A stretch of DNA of 64,000 bases from Candidatus Dadabacteria bacterium (GCA_963805855.1 CAWDVW010000007.1:256001-320000); one strand, 5' to 3'; numbered from the stretch's first letter, positions 20,963 through 32,023 are shown. Notes: generated by a model not told the origin, from the letters alone. Numbers and translations are program-made.

Positions 20963-22339
20963 GTGTTGGATTTGAGTAAGCTGATATTACTAGGTGAAAA
21001 CCTCATCGGGGTTAAAGGGAGAGAGGATAGTCTACGATTCACTCTTATGCGGAACGCTGGCGGTACCTTTATACTCAAGGTAGCTTCAACAGCTCTAATA
21101 TTTCTTATGACCCTTCTTTTGGCACGCCTGCTAGGGTCAACAGGATATGGTACTTACGCCTATGCCTTGGCTTGGTTTGGCATATTAAGCGTTCTGTGTG
21201 TCTTTGGATTGGACAAACTGCTTGTTCGGGAAGTATCGATTTTCAACGCACGATCAGCATGGGGCTTGATGCGTGGCATCCTGCGCTGGTCAAATTTTAC
21301 CGCTCTAGTCGTCTCGGCAGGGTTTGCACTCTTGGCTGGAATCACTATATGGATTGTAAGTGAACGTCTCGAATCTCAGATGACCTATACCCTTTTGGTT
21401 GCCCTTATAATGTTGCCTTTGATCGTGCTCCTGCGATTAAGACAGGCCGCCATGAGGGGACTTCACTACGTAGTTGGCGGACAACTGCCGGAGATGCTTA
21501 TTATGCCTATCTCCTTTTTTATAATAATTGGCATCATGTATCTGTTTATAAGAAATGCACTTAGTGCGCCAATAGCTATGACAGCGCAGGTAGCCGCTGT
21601 CGCATTTGCTTTAATCGTGGGAGTTCGACAGTTACAGATATTCCTCCCACCATCTGCTAAAGAAGCGTATCCTGTCTATCAAGGCTGGACTTGGATGCAC
21701 ATTGTAATGCCATTGGTTTTTCTTGATTTTATGACGATGATTAATTCTCAGATAGATATAATATTGCTGGGATTGATGAGGAGCACAGGAAGCGTGGGTA
21801 TTTATGCCGTTGCAAAAAAGGGCGCGGGACTTATCACGTTCGTACTCATAGCGGTAAACATCGCATTGGCGCCTACGATCGCTCGCATGTATGCGGCCGG
21901 TGAGATGGATAAACTACAGCGCATGATCACAAAGAGCGCACGAATAATTCTAATCGGTTCCCTACCCATCGCGATAGTACTCATAATATTTGGCCACTGG
22001 TTCTTGTTATTTTTCTTTGGCCAGGATTTTATCCAGGGCGAGAGGGCGCTTGCTATATTAGGCGCTGGTCAGCTTATAAATGCAGCAACGGGATCTGTCG
22101 GTCTATTGCTTATCATGACTGGCTACGAGCGTGACGCTGCCTTGTGCGTTGGCATCAGCGCGGCGGTGAATATCATTCTCAACCTTATTCTAATACCAAG
22201 GTGGGGGTTGGAGGGTGCTGCTGCCGCTACAGCAACGGCTGTTATATTGTGGAATATCCTGTTAACGGTTCTGGTATATAGGAGGCTTGGAATTCATCCT
22301 ACTGCGGTCGGGGAAATAAGATTGTGGAAAGAAGTGTGA
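20963..22339 (+). CDS. Wzx-type polysaccharide flippase (start may be ATG 21048)
   Basis: LLARLLG..GYG.Y, D.ILLG, VGIYAVA, LN..LIP.WG.EGAA; multi-TM. Confidence 0.88.
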   Translation: MLDLSKLILLGENLIGVKGREDSLRFTLMRNAGGTFILKVASTALIFLMTLLLARLLGSTGYGTYAYALAWFGILSVLCVFGLDKLLVREVSIFNARSAWGLMRGILRWSNFTALVVSAGFALLAGITIWIVSERLESQMTYTLLVALIMLPLIVLLRLRQAAMRGLHYVVGGQLPEMLIMPISFFIIIGIMYLFIRNALSAPIAMTAQVAAVAFALIVGVRQLQIFLPPSAKEAYPVYQGWTWMHIVMPLVFLDFMTMINSQIDIILLGLMRSTGSVGIYAVAKKGAGLITFVLIAVNIALAPTIARMYAAGEMDKLQRMITKSARIILIGSLPIAIVLIIFGHWFLLFFFGQDFIQGERALAILGAGQLINAATGSVGLLLIMTGYERDAALCVGISAAVNIILNLILIPRWGLEGAAAATATAVILWNILLTVLVYRRLGIHPTAVGEIRLWKEV

Positions 22340-23253
22340 GGAAACCAGACTTTTTCATAGTAGGAGCCCCGAAGTGCGGCACCACTGCGATGCAAGATTA
22401 TCTTAGCCAGCATCCGGATATCTTTATGCCTGAGGTGAAACCACCTCTTTTTCTAGGAAAGGAATTTCATTTCTTTGGGAGTGACCTTAAGTTTAATAGG
22501 CCGACGCTTACGGAAGAAAAATATCTCTCTTATTTTCAGGGAGCAAAACATGAGAAACGGGTTGGCGAGGCGTCGACATGGTATCTGTACTCGAAGCGTG
22601 CGGCTTATGAGATTAAGAGGTTCAATCCAACGGCGAGCATCATCATTATGCTAAGGAACCCTGTGGATATGATCTATTCTGTGCACTCACAAGCCGTTTA
22701 TAACAGTGATGAAGACATTAGCGATTTTAAAACCGCCTTGGATGCAGAACCAGACCGAAAACTCGGTCTTCGTCTACCAAAACGCAGGTTAGTAGCAGCT
22801 GAGCGTTTTTTTTATAGAGAAGTCGGGCGTTATTACGAACAAGTTAAAAGATACTTTGATGTCTTTGGCAGCGGAAATACTATTGTTATTATTTTTGATG
22901 ACTTCAAAACTAATACAGCTAAAGTTTATAAAGAAACGCTTCGCTTTTTGGGTGTAAATGAAAATTTCCAACCGGGTTTTGAGATCATTAACTCCAATAA
23001 GCGGGCCCGTAGCAAGTTTGTGGCGAAATTATTAAGAAATCCCCCGCAGGTCACTCAATCGTTGGCAAAGCTACTAATTCCTCAGCAATTATGTCAAGGT
23101 TTAATCGAAGCGATCAAAAAGCATAACACTATATATGAGCCTAGACCACCCATGGAGCCTGAGTTAAGAAAATCTTTACAAGGAGATTTTGCACTCGAGA
23201 TTGAGAAACTGAGTGAACTATTAGGAAGGGATCTTACCCACTGGAGCAAGTAG
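22336..23253 (+). CDS. Sulfotransferase
   Basis: PDFFIVGAPKCGTT (5'-PSB), GEAST.YL, LRNPVD..YS (3'-PB); GTGA overlap with flippase stop. Confidence 0.92.
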   Translation: MRKPDFFIVGAPKCGTTAMQDYLSQHPDIFMPEVKPPLFLGKEFHFFGSDLKFNRPTLTEEKYLSYFQGAKHEKRVGEASTWYLYSKRAAYEIKRFNPTASIIIMLRNPVDMIYSVHSQAVYNSDEDISDFKTALDAEPDRKLGLRLPKRRLVAAERFFYREVGRYYEQVKRYFDVFGSGNTIVIIFDDFKTNTAKVYKETLRFLGVNENFQPGFEIINSNKRARSKFVAKLLRNPPQVTQSLAKLLIPQQLCQGLIEAIKKHNTIYEPRPPMEPELRKSLQGDFALEIEKLSELLGRDLTHWSK

Positions 23254-23330
23254 CGTAAGGAATAAATAAACACATTACTCCGTGCTCAAAGTAATAAGTT
23301 CACTAAGCCAATTAATATTTTCAAACGAAA

Positions 23331-24086
23331 ATGAGCTATGAACCAAAATCTTATTGGGGAAAAAGGCTAAAAGGGGACTTTTCGCTAGCACAAACTGGTC
23401 ACCTTGGGTTTAGCCTTGTTTATAATAAATGGTCCTATAAAGCGAAAGTTCGAGTCCTTGAAAAAACTTTGAATGATTTGAAGATAAATTGTCAGGGGAA
23501 ATCGGTTTTAGACATCGGATGTGGCACAGGCTTTTGGATTGAATTCTACAAGTCGAAAGGAGCCGACCCAATAGTAGGAGTTGATATTACCGGCATTGGT
23601 ATGGAAAGACTAATGGAGGAACATCCGCAACTTGAATTCTTCGAGCTCGATATAGGCGAGGTGGACATAGACCTAGATAAAAGGTTTGATATAGTTAATG
23701 TTTTTGATGTCTTGTATCACATAAAAGATCGGTCGAAGTTTGGTCATGCGATATCTAATATCGCACATTTGTCAAACACGGGTTCTCATATCTTTATGAC
23801 CGATGCATTGATCGACAAGTGTGAATACGAGCATGTTTTCTTCAGAAGCCTAAAAACATACGAGGAGGAACTTAAGCGAAATGGTCTGAGGCTAGTAGAA
23901 GTTATTCCACTTTATTACTTATTAAACAGGGAATATCCTTTTCTTTTGAAAGCTATTAAATTCGCGCTTCTAAAAATCAAAGTTAATATGGATGACGTAA
24001 TGGCTCCGATTATTTATGGCCTTGATAAAGTTCTTTTATCGCTTAATAGATCCCATCTTAAGCTTGTCATCTCTGCAAAAGAATGA
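23331..24086 (+). CDS. Class I SAM-dependent methyltransferase
   Basis: VLDIGCGTG, GVDI, FDVLYHI. Confidence 0.88.
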   Translation: MSYEPKSYWGKRLKGDFSLAQTGHLGFSLVYNKWSYKAKVRVLEKTLNDLKINCQGKSVLDIGCGTGFWIEFYKSKGADPIVGVDITGIGMERLMEEHPQLEFFELDIGEVDIDLDKRFDIVNVFDVLYHIKDRSKFGHAISNIAHLSNTGSHIFMTDALIDKCEYEHVFFRSLKTYEEELKRNGLRLVEVIPLYYLLNREYPFLLKAIKFALLKIKVNMDDVMAPIIYGLDKVLLSLNRSHLKLVISAKE

Positions 24087-25336
24087 AAGTAGCTCTTATC
24101 CTTTCATACTTTCCAAGCCTTACAGAAACCTTCATACTAAATCAGGTAACGGGACTTTTAGACATGGGACATGAAGTAGAAATTTTTTCTTCCGAAAATC
24201 CCAATGAAAAAAAAATACATCCCGACGTAGAGGATTATGGTCTTTTGCAGCGAACTCATTTTATGCCTCACAATAAAGTGAACCGCGTATTGAAAGCTGC
24301 CTATCTAATAAACCGGAATTTCTATAAAAGTCCGCTTAAGATCTTAAGATCGTTAAATATGTTCAGATATGGAGCCCATGCTTTATCATTGAGGCTCGTA
24401 TACTCTTTGATTCCTTTGTTAGAAAAGACATTTGATATAATTCACTGCCATTTTGGACCTAATGGAACCGTCGGTGAAAATCTGAAAGCGATTGGAATTC
24501 AGGGAAAGTACATAACCAGTTTCCATGGATATGATGTAAATATCTACCCTAAGATGGTGGGTGAAAATGTTTATAAAGATTTGTTCGAAAAAGGGGATGT
24601 GTTTATTTGTAATACGAATTTTACAAGAGAGCGGCTGGTGGAGCTTGGCTGCGATAGGAAAAAGATTATCATTTTACCGGCAGGGCTTCGCATTGGGCGA
24701 TTTAGTTTCAGAGAAAGGAGACTTCAAGAGAAAGAACCTATTAAAATATTAACCGTGGCGAGGTTGGTTGAGGAAAAAGGACATCGATATGCAATTCAAG
24801 CGCTTTCGAAATTAATTAAGAGTGGTATGGATCTTCAGTATATTATCGCCGGAGATGGACCATTGAGACGGGAGTTAGATAATTTAGTTTCGAAATTAGG
24901 AATGGGGAGGCATGTTAATTTTTTAGGTGCCATTGACCAGAATGAGGCCTTAGACCTTTATCAACAGGCACATATATTCATACTCCCCGGTGTAATCGGG
25001 AGGAATGGTGGAACGGAAGGACAAGGATTGGTACTTCAGGAGGCCCAAGCTGTCGGACTTCCCATAGTATCGACATCAGTCGGCGGGATACCAGAAGGGA
25101 TGCTTGACGGCAAGTCAGGCTTTCTTGTCCCGGAAAGGGATGTGGATGCATTAAGCGACAGGCTTCGATACCTGGTCGAACATCCTGAATTATGGCCGGA
25201 GATGGGGAGATGCGGGAGAAGGTTAGTAGAGGAGAAATATGATATTAAGATGTTAAATTCTAAGTTGGTTCGGATCTATGATGCATTATTAACTGATAAC
25301 TTGGCTGCTTTGGAAGAGCTTCGAGGGTCGCAGTAG
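24083..25336 (+). CDS. GT4 glycosyltransferase (WcaL-like)
   Basis: FPSLTETFILNQ.TGL, HCHFG, SFHGYD, VARLVEEKG, EGQGLVLQEAQAVGLP. Confidence 0.9.
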   Translation: MKVALILSYFPSLTETFILNQVTGLLDMGHEVEIFSSENPNEKKIHPDVEDYGLLQRTHFMPHNKVNRVLKAAYLINRNFYKSPLKILRSLNMFRYGAHALSLRLVYSLIPLLEKTFDIIHCHFGPNGTVGENLKAIGIQGKYITSFHGYDVNIYPKMVGENVYKDLFEKGDVFICNTNFTRERLVELGCDRKKIIILPAGLRIGRFSFRERRLQEKEPIKILTVARLVEEKGHRYAIQALSKLIKSGMDLQYIIAGDGPLRRELDNLVSKLGMGRHVNFLGAIDQNEALDLYQQAHIFILPGVIGRNGGTEGQGLVLQEAQAVGLPIVSTSVGGIPEGMLDGKSGFLVPERDVDALSDRLRYLVEHPELWPEMGRCGRRLVEEKYDIKMLNSKLVRIYDALLTDNLAALEELRGSQ

Positions 25337-25491
25337 GATTAAAATCCGTTCCACCGTAGATAGGCTTTTTAAGCTTATCCCTTCACTCAATCTGTATGCG
25401 CATCGCGGCTCTGGCTCTGCTGTATTTGTAGTATTGTTTTTTATTGGTTAACGGGTTGCTAATATATGAATGCGTGACGCACTTGTAATAA

Positions 25492-26394
25492 TTAACTCAT
25501 TGTCCTGCCACCAAGTAGTAATCTCAATTTCTCCATAACTCTTAAAAGTCTTACGGAGAACCCAACTAATATAACTTTCAGTTTTTGTTCTGAATTCATT
25601 TGTTTAAATGTCTCATTCGAGGTAATGAAATGAATCGAGCTTATAGATGGAAACAGCTCTTTATAAGTATTTTCCACAAACGTGACAAACGTATTCCCAC
25701 CCCTGTTCATAATTAAATTATATTGGCCATCTGCGATTCGGATGTGTTTTTTATATAAGTCCCTTAAAGAGCGTCTTCCGGGGTGGCTCATACGGGTATC
25801 ATCAGCATAAAGTAGTTTGTAGCCTGATGAAAATACCCTTTGTCCCCATTCAATATCCCCACCTGATTTAAGGGTTTCGTCAAATTTGCCTGCATGTTCA
25901 ATGACAGTTTTGGTTGTAAAGACATTGGCTGTTGCGCCAAATCTCATAACCTCTACAAAATATTTCTGTGGAAAAGCTATAAAGCTTTCGTAAAGTTCGA
26001 CAGCGGTTGGTCTGTTTGAATTCTCGTAAAAGATTTCTATTTTCCCGGCAACCAGTCCGCAGTTAGGCACTTTGAGTAGGTTTGCTGCTCCTTTCTCAAG
26101 CCAGTCCGGGGCTGGGATACAATCCGAATCTGTAAAAGCAATTAACTCACCTTGAGCGATTGAGAGTCCTTTGTTCCGTGCTATATAGGAGCCAGGACGG
26201 GTTTCACTTATGTACGTGGCTTGACCGAAGTTGCTAACGAGTGCCTGAATGTCTTCCTCGGAACCATTGTCTACCACTATTACCTCATATAGATTTTTAG
26301 GGTAGGTCTGATTTTCAAGAGCCTCTAAACAGATCTTAAGCCTTTTGGAATCATTCAGAACAGGAATGATTACAGAAACGAAAGCGGTATTCAT
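25492..26394 (-). CDS. GT2 glycosyltransferase
   Basis: VSVIIP, VVDNGS, ARN.G, FTDSDC. Confidence 0.9.
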   Translation of the reverse strand: MNTAFVSVIIPVLNDSKRLKICLEALENQTYPKNLYEVIVVDNGSEEDIQALVSNFGQATYISETRPGSYIARNKGLSIAQGELIAFTDSDCIPAPDWLEKGAANLLKVPNCGLVAGKIEIFYENSNRPTAVELYESFIAFPQKYFVEVMRFGATANVFTTKTVIEHAGKFDETLKSGGDIEWGQRVFSSGYKLLYADDTRMSHPGRRSLRDLYKKHIRIADGQYNLIMNRGGNTFVTFVENTYKELFPSISSIHFITSNETFKQMNSEQKLKVILVGFSVRLLRVMEKLRLLLGGRTMS

Positions 26395-26395
26395 T

Positions 26396-27445
26396 TTAAC
26401 TCATATCAGGAAATATGATTTCCTTGATGGCCTCTTCAAATTTTCTCTTGCTTTCATTAAGGTCATATTTTTTTGCTGTGCTCAGTCCATAGGTTTTCAA
26501 CTTTTCCCTTAGGTTCTGATCGCTTAGTATTATTTCAAGCTTTTCTCTCAGATCGGTTTCATTCCCACCGTTAGCTACTAGTCCGTTCTCTCCATCTTTT
26601 ACGTATGGAACAACATTGGTCGTTACAACCAGAGTTCCGCAGGCCATAGCTTCAAGCGGTAGTAGGCCGAACCCTTCGTGTCTTGTAGGATAGAAAAGGA
26701 CATCGGCGGTGCTGAGTATGCGTCTCAGGTTGTCCTCTCCAACCCAGCCAAAGTTCTTAACTTTGATATTCATAATTTCGTTTTCCAATGTTTCGCCGCA
26801 GGCCCAAACCTCTATTTTGTTCCTGAAATCATAACTTAGTTTGTTTATCACCTTTACTACACTATCAAGCCCCTTTCTGTAATCTTTCCTGGAGAGCACA
26901 ACTATTGCTTTCCTATTTTCTTTAATTGTAGAAAGTTTCTCGTCGGGATCGGGATAGAAGGTCTCTAAGTTTATTCCGTTCTCAACAAGTCTTGCACTGG
27001 CTTTGTATTTTTCTATTAGCTCTCGTATAAGCTCATTGGATACAGCTATCACCTTTACCTTCATAAGACTTAGACAGAAAAAGTAGAGGTTCCTTATAAG
27101 AAACCTTTTAAGTGGGTTCCTGTAATAAGATTCATCGTAGTCTTGAGCAAAGTATATCAGTCGGGTGTGATTTCTAATCGATAAAAAGGATGCTAACGGG
27201 ATGATATCCACGATAATAGCATCTGAGTGAAATTTCTTCACTAAAGAATGAATGATAGTTCCAATTTTCGTGGGGAGAGGAATCTTTGCCAGTATTATTT
27301 GTGGACGCAGTGTGAAGACCGTATTAATAGTGTTGTGCCATAACGTAACATTGTACCCTTTATCGGTAAGATAATTGGCATACTCAACCACCATTCTATC
27401 TCCGCCTCTGCTGAGTAACGTATGCCTATAAAAAGAAATTTCCAC
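26396..27445 (-). CDS. GT4 glycosyltransferase
   Basis: RGGDR, RKG, EGFGLLPLEAMACG. Confidence 0.9.
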   Translation of the reverse strand: MEISFYRHTLLSRGGDRMVVEYANYLTDKGYNVTLWHNTINTVFTLRPQIILAKIPLPTKIGTIIHSLVKKFHSDAIIVDIIPLASFLSIRNHTRLIYFAQDYDESYYRNPLKRFLIRNLYFFCLSLMKVKVIAVSNELIRELIEKYKASARLVENGINLETFYPDPDEKLSTIKENRKAIVVLSRKDYRKGLDSVVKVINKLSYDFRNKIEVWACGETLENEIMNIKVKNFGWVGEDNLRRILSTADVLFYPTRHEGFGLLPLEAMACGTLVVTTNVVPYVKDGENGLVANGGNETDLREKLEIILSDQNLREKLKTYGLSTAKKYDLNESKRKFEEAIKEIIFPDMS

Positions 27446-27664
27446 TTATTTTGAGCCTATCTTTCCTTTTAAAAATATCTTAATGAATTGTTACCGCTTC
27501 CCCACACTAAAGCAATCCGGTCGATTAGATTCAAGACCTATAAAAAACTAGCTAACCGGATTAGAGACAGAGACTCAATATCTCGAATATTGAGCCAACG
27601 TATGCATTCGTCATTTGAACAGAAGTTATATGGATCAACTCAATTTTAACTTTCCGAAGATGAC

Positions 27665-29374
27665 TTATCTCATCAATGATGCGGTTTCCACTTCGGTAGA
27701 GTATCTCTTTATACCGGAGTATATTCCTCCGGCAATTTCGTTGACATAACTCTGGTTTCTTAATCTCTTTTCCTCCCGCGGATTAGTGATGAATGAAGAT
27801 TCCACGAGAATGCTGGGTATATCAGCCCCAATTAAAACAATGAAAGGTGCTTTCTTCACACCCTTATTGTTAACTGGCTTGTAGTTACTTGATACGTTTG
27901 AAACTACAGATGTTTGAACATGATTTGCGAGTCGTTTTGACTCTTCGATCTTTGAGCTGAGTATATATTTTTGAATAATGTTCTTTAAGTCACTGAGGCC
28001 TCTTGTTGTTGTTGCATTTTCCCTGGCAGCTACAGAGAGCGCGTCTGGGTCCTTAGTGAAGCTCAGAATGTATGTCTCAATTCCGTATGCATTCTTATTT
28101 CTTGCAGCGTTGCAGTGAATAGAAACGAAGAGGTCGGCATTTAGCTTCTTGGCGATTGCAGTTCTTTCTTCTAATGGAATAAACCGATCATCACTTCTAG
28201 TAAGAAACACCCTTGTGATTCCTATTTTATTTCCGTTCTGTTCAATTTTCGATTTTAATGCTTTTGCAATCTTTAAATTTACATCCTTTTCCTTAAGACC
28301 GGTAGGTCCTAATGCTCCGGTATCGTGTCCTCCATGGCCGGGGTCAATCACAATTGTTTTAACCTTGAGACCCAGTGCTCCTCTTAGAGTTGAAATATCC
28401 TCACCGTCCCTTGGGAGGGAGGCTACAGTTTTATCGTCTTTAGAGTCTTCGTCCTTAGCAAATAATTGATCTCTGTTCGACCCGTCTCCATCTATATCCA
28501 TTACTATTCTGAAGGGATTGGTTAATGAAAATACCCGATAGTCTTCGAAGCTCCTGATATAAAGAACAACCCTGACCTTGTCGGGCGTGTTCCTGCCGAA
28601 TTTTATCTCTTCAAGCAATCCTTTATCTACTGGCGGTACGGCCAGACCCTTTTCAACTGTTGTGCCAAGAATGTCGACCAATAGCCTGGGCGGCTTACCC
28701 AATTCTGGGTCTGGTTTTAAGAAGTATGACTTGTACGGCATTTCCTTATCGAGGTGGATAACCACCCTCGTTTTTGTGTCTGTCGACCATTGTCTGATTT
28801 CCCTGACTTTTACCAATCCGTCATTTTTTTCTTTATTGGCCAGGGCTTTCTCTTGTTTAGATGGTTTAAACGGTGATAGCTCCTTTAATTTTTCGTTGGC
28901 CGCATACACCATATCGCCATCCGGGAAATCTTCACTTACACTTTCGTATTCCAGGTATGCTTGTTTTTTGTCCCATCCCTCGATTATCCTTGCCTTTCTG
29001 ATCTGCGCGTCGTCTGCTAGATTACTTTTTGGATATGCCCTTGTAAAAAGAGTTGAACGATCGATCGATTTTTCAAGGTCTTCGCGGGAGTTAAATCTGT
29101 TCCCCATCTCTTCATACATCTTTCCAGACAAGAAAAGGGAATTTGGAGCTATTGTACTTTCCGGATTATCAAGATAGATGCTGTAAAAGGCTCTCGCTAA
29201 TAGATCCCAAATCTCGGGGTCCTTTGCCTTCTCCGGGTCGGTCGTGAGGTTTTTGTATAGGTTCATGGTCTCGTTAAATTGTTCTTCGGCCTGATCAATA
29301 CCGAGTGCGGTGTCTTTTATGAAAAGCACGGTTAGAAGAAGGTATAAACTTAAAGCAATTGTGTTACTTTTCAT
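27665..29374 (-). CDS. N-acetylmuramoyl-L-alanine amidase (TPR-like + AMIN + Amidase_3)
   Basis: Signal peptide, IVIDPGHGGHD.GA, EKDVNL, FVSIHCNA, PSILVE..FITN..EE. Confidence 0.92.
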   Translation of the reverse strand: MKSNTIALSLYLLLTVLFIKDTALGIDQAEEQFNETMNLYKNLTTDPEKAKDPEIWDLLARAFYSIYLDNPESTIAPNSLFLSGKMYEEMGNRFNSREDLEKSIDRSTLFTRAYPKSNLADDAQIRKARIIEGWDKKQAYLEYESVSEDFPDGDMVYAANEKLKELSPFKPSKQEKALANKEKNDGLVKVREIRQWSTDTKTRVVIHLDKEMPYKSYFLKPDPELGKPPRLLVDILGTTVEKGLAVPPVDKGLLEEIKFGRNTPDKVRVVLYIRSFEDYRVFSLTNPFRIVMDIDGDGSNRDQLFAKDEDSKDDKTVASLPRDGEDISTLRGALGLKVKTIVIDPGHGGHDTGALGPTGLKEKDVNLKIAKALKSKIEQNGNKIGITRVFLTRSDDRFIPLEERTAIAKKLNADLFVSIHCNAARNKNAYGIETYILSFTKDPDALSVAARENATTTRGLSDLKNIIQKYILSSKIEESKRLANHVQTSVVSNVSSNYKPVNNKGVKKAPFIVLIGADIPSILVESSFITNPREEKRLRNQSYVNEIAGGIYSGIKRYSTEVETASLMR

Positions 29375-29505
29375 CTTAAGCGTTGCATTATATTATATTT
29401 TTGGTGATTTGTAAACCATTATTTTTACTTCTTAAGAAAATTTTTTGAATTTTGATTTTTGGGTTTACTTTGCAATGGTAGTAAGTTAATGCTAAATTTG
29501 GTTCC

Positions 29506-30273
29506 ATGAGGGTCATAATGCTTGGCTGTGCCACGTCCACCGGGGTTCCAATTATCGGTTGTGGCTGTTCGGTTTGTAGTTCGGATAATCCTAAGAATAA
29601 GAGAACTCGTTGTTCATTATTTATTGAAACAAGCGGGAAGAACATCTTAATTGACACATCGCCTGATCTGCGAATACAGGCCTTTAGGCACAATATAACA
29701 AGGATTGACGCCGTCTTGTATACCCATTCCCATGCCGACCATACTCATGGAATTGATGAGCTTAGGACTTACAATTTCATGAATAAGATGATTATTCCGT
29801 GCTACGGAGGTCCGCAGACAGTTTCAAACATCATGTCGAACTTTAAATATATTTTTGATGGGTCATTTCCGCCAGGTGGCAAACCCAAGCTATCGATAAC
29901 GGCTGTTGATGGTGATTTTGACATTGAAGGCATCAGGATTATTCCGATAGAACTTCAACATGCTGATTTGCTGATTCTTGGATACAGAATAGGGAACATG
30001 GCATATCTTACGGATTGTAGCGGTATTCCTGAAAGTTCAGTAGAAAGATTGGATGGGCTTGAGCTTCTGATAATAGACGCGCTCAGGTATAAACCTCATC
30101 CGGCACATCTGAGCGTGGATCAAGCGATACAGATTGTCAGAGAGATTAGGCCAAAAATCGCAGTGTTTACGCACATGGGTCATGAACTTGACTACGAAAA
30201 GCTTTCAAAGGAGCTTCCGGAAAACATTGAACCTGGCTATGATGGAATGGAGTTTGTTCTTAATGGCAGTTAG
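29506..30273 (+). CDS. MBL-fold metallo-hydrolase (PhnP/YycJ-like)
   Basis: LGC.TS.GVP.IGC.C.VC, THSHADHTHG. Confidence 0.9.
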   Translation: MRVIMLGCATSTGVPIIGCGCSVCSSDNPKNKRTRCSLFIETSGKNILIDTSPDLRIQAFRHNITRIDAVLYTHSHADHTHGIDELRTYNFMNKMIIPCYGGPQTVSNIMSNFKYIFDGSFPPGGKPKLSITAVDGDFDIEGIRIIPIELQHADLLILGYRIGNMAYLTDCSGIPESSVERLDGLELLIIDALRYKPHPAHLSVDQAIQIVREIRPKIAVFTHMGHELDYEKLSKELPENIEPGYDGMEFVLNGS

Positions 30274-30332
30274 TTTTCAACATGATTTTGTTTTGGTAAT
30301 CTTAGGTTAAAAAAACTGGACGAGGTAAGAAA

Positions 30333-31556
30333 ATGCAGGAAATCATGAAGGAGCTATTGCAACCTAACGGTTCAAAGATTATTTTGTGCGTACTCGATGG
30401 ATTGGGGGGACTTCCTATAAATGGAAAAACTGAATTAGAGGCAGCCTCAACTCCTTATTTGGATCACCTTGCGGGGAGGAGCGCTTGTGGGCTCCATGTC
30501 CCGGTGGCAACTGGCATAACTCCTGGAAGCGGTCCATCTCATCTCGGGCTTTTCGGCTACGATCCACTTAAGTATGAAATAGGCCGGGGGGTTTTGGAGG
30601 CTCTTGGCTTAGGCTTAGAGCTATCTCAGAACGATTTGGCAATAAGGGGTAATTTTGCGACTGTCAGATACGAAGGGGATAAGCCGATAATCATGGATCG
30701 AAGGGCGGGCAGGATACCGACCGAGGAAAATAAGAGGATTACCAAAGAGATTCGAAAAAAGGTTAAAGCCATAGATCAAGTAAAGGTTTCAATTACGTCG
30801 GGGATGGAGCACCGTTTTGTCCTTGTTCTTACCTTTCCTGAACCTCTATTGGCTGGTTCAGATGACATTTCAGACACCGATCCACAAAAGGAGGGTTTGA
30901 GTCCTCTCAGGCCCTTTGCACGAAGGAAGGAAGCAGATCGGGTAGTTAGTGTAGTGGACAGTTTAATAGACAAAATAAATCATGTCATAAAGGACGAGGC
31001 AGCGGCGAATCATATTCTCCTCAGGGGTTTTTCGGTTTATCCTAAGCTTCCAACTTTTAGTGAAGCATATGGACTTAAGGCGGCGGCGATTGCTGTTTAT
31101 CCTATGTATAGAGGTGTAGCCAGGCTGGTCGGCTTGAAAAACCTTGAGGTTAAAGATAGTACAATTGATGGCGAAATAGAGACACTCCGACGACATTTTG
31201 ATGAATTTGATTTTTTCTACTTTCATATCAAAAAGACAGATAGCTATGGAGAAGATGGTAATTTCGATGGAAAGGTCAAGGTAATTGAGGATTTTGATAG
31301 TCATGTACCTGATATTATTAGTCTAGAACCAGACGTATTCGTAGTTACAGGTGATCATTCTACACCTGCGATAATGAAATCACATAGCTGGCATCCTGTA
31401 CCGTTTCTCCTTTATTCTTCTAAGAATCGCGGTGCTTATGTTTCAGGCTTTTCTGAAAGGGAGTGTCTGAAAGGAGAGCTTGGCATATTCAGGGCCATCG
31501 AGGCAATGCCGCTTATTCTCTCGAACGCTGGTAGACTTCAAAAATATGGAGCCTAG
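30333..31556 (+). CDS. apgM: 2,3-bisphosphoglycerate-independent phosphoglycerate mutase (ApgM type)
   Basis: LDGLGG, TELEAA.TP, PGSGP.HL.LFGYDP, K.TD..GEDG, TGDHSTP, HSWHPVP. Confidence 0.92.
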   Translation: MQEIMKELLQPNGSKIILCVLDGLGGLPINGKTELEAASTPYLDHLAGRSACGLHVPVATGITPGSGPSHLGLFGYDPLKYEIGRGVLEALGLGLELSQNDLAIRGNFATVRYEGDKPIIMDRRAGRIPTEENKRITKEIRKKVKAIDQVKVSITSGMEHRFVLVLTFPEPLLAGSDDISDTDPQKEGLSPLRPFARRKEADRVVSVVDSLIDKINHVIKDEAAANHILLRGFSVYPKLPTFSEAYGLKAAAIAVYPMYRGVARLVGLKNLEVKDSTIDGEIETLRRHFDEFDFFYFHIKKTDSYGEDGNFDGKVKVIEDFDSHVPDIISLEPDVFVVTGDHSTPAIMKSHSWHPVPFLLYSSKNRGAYVSGFSERECLKGELGIFRAIEAMPLILSNAGRLQKYGA

Positions 31557-31613
31557 ACTCTGAATCTTGCAATTTAGGGATGCTGTGCTAATTTAATTTC
31601 TCTGGAAATATCT

Positions 31614-31700
31614 GCCGAAGTGGCGGAATTGGCAGACGCGCTGTCTTGAGGGGGCAGTGCCCGAAAGGGCGTGCGGGTTCGACTCCCGCCTTCGGCACCA
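31614..31700 (+). tRNA. tRNA-Leu(GAG)
   Basis: GCCGAAG/CTTCGGC acceptor stem, CTGTC-TTGAGGG-GGCAG anticodon arm, long variable arm, GGTTCGA T-loop, CCA. Confidence 0.96.
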
Positions 31701-31717
31701 TTTGTTTCCTTTCTTGC

Positions 31718-32023
31718 AATGTCTTCACTCGTGAAGGCATACCAATCCAAAGTATAAGGACTGCATTCAGAAATGCATGCTTGAGAGCAGGCATAAAGGA
31801 CTTTAGATTCCATGACTTAAGACACACCTTTGCTAGTAGATTGGTAATGTCAGGTGTGGATTTGGTAACCGTATCAAAGCTTCTGGGGCATTCTTCAATT
31901 CAAATGACAATGAGATATGCTCACCCAACTCCAGAGAATTTTAAGCAGGCGGTTAAGGTTTTAGAAAGAAATGAGACATTATATGGCTTTGAAAGTGTTA
32001 GCGAAAACGTTAGCGATAAATAA
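31718..32023 (+). pseudogene. Tyrosine integrase, C-terminal fragment
   Basis: FRFHDLRHTFASRLVMSGVDL..VSKLLGHSSIQMTMRYAH; no start codon or box I, begins right after the tRNA. Confidence 0.9.

Noticed and set aside
31646-32023. 125-aa integrase ORF as a real gene
   Set aside because: Its start lies inside the tRNA; only the C-terminal ~100 aa are integrase-like
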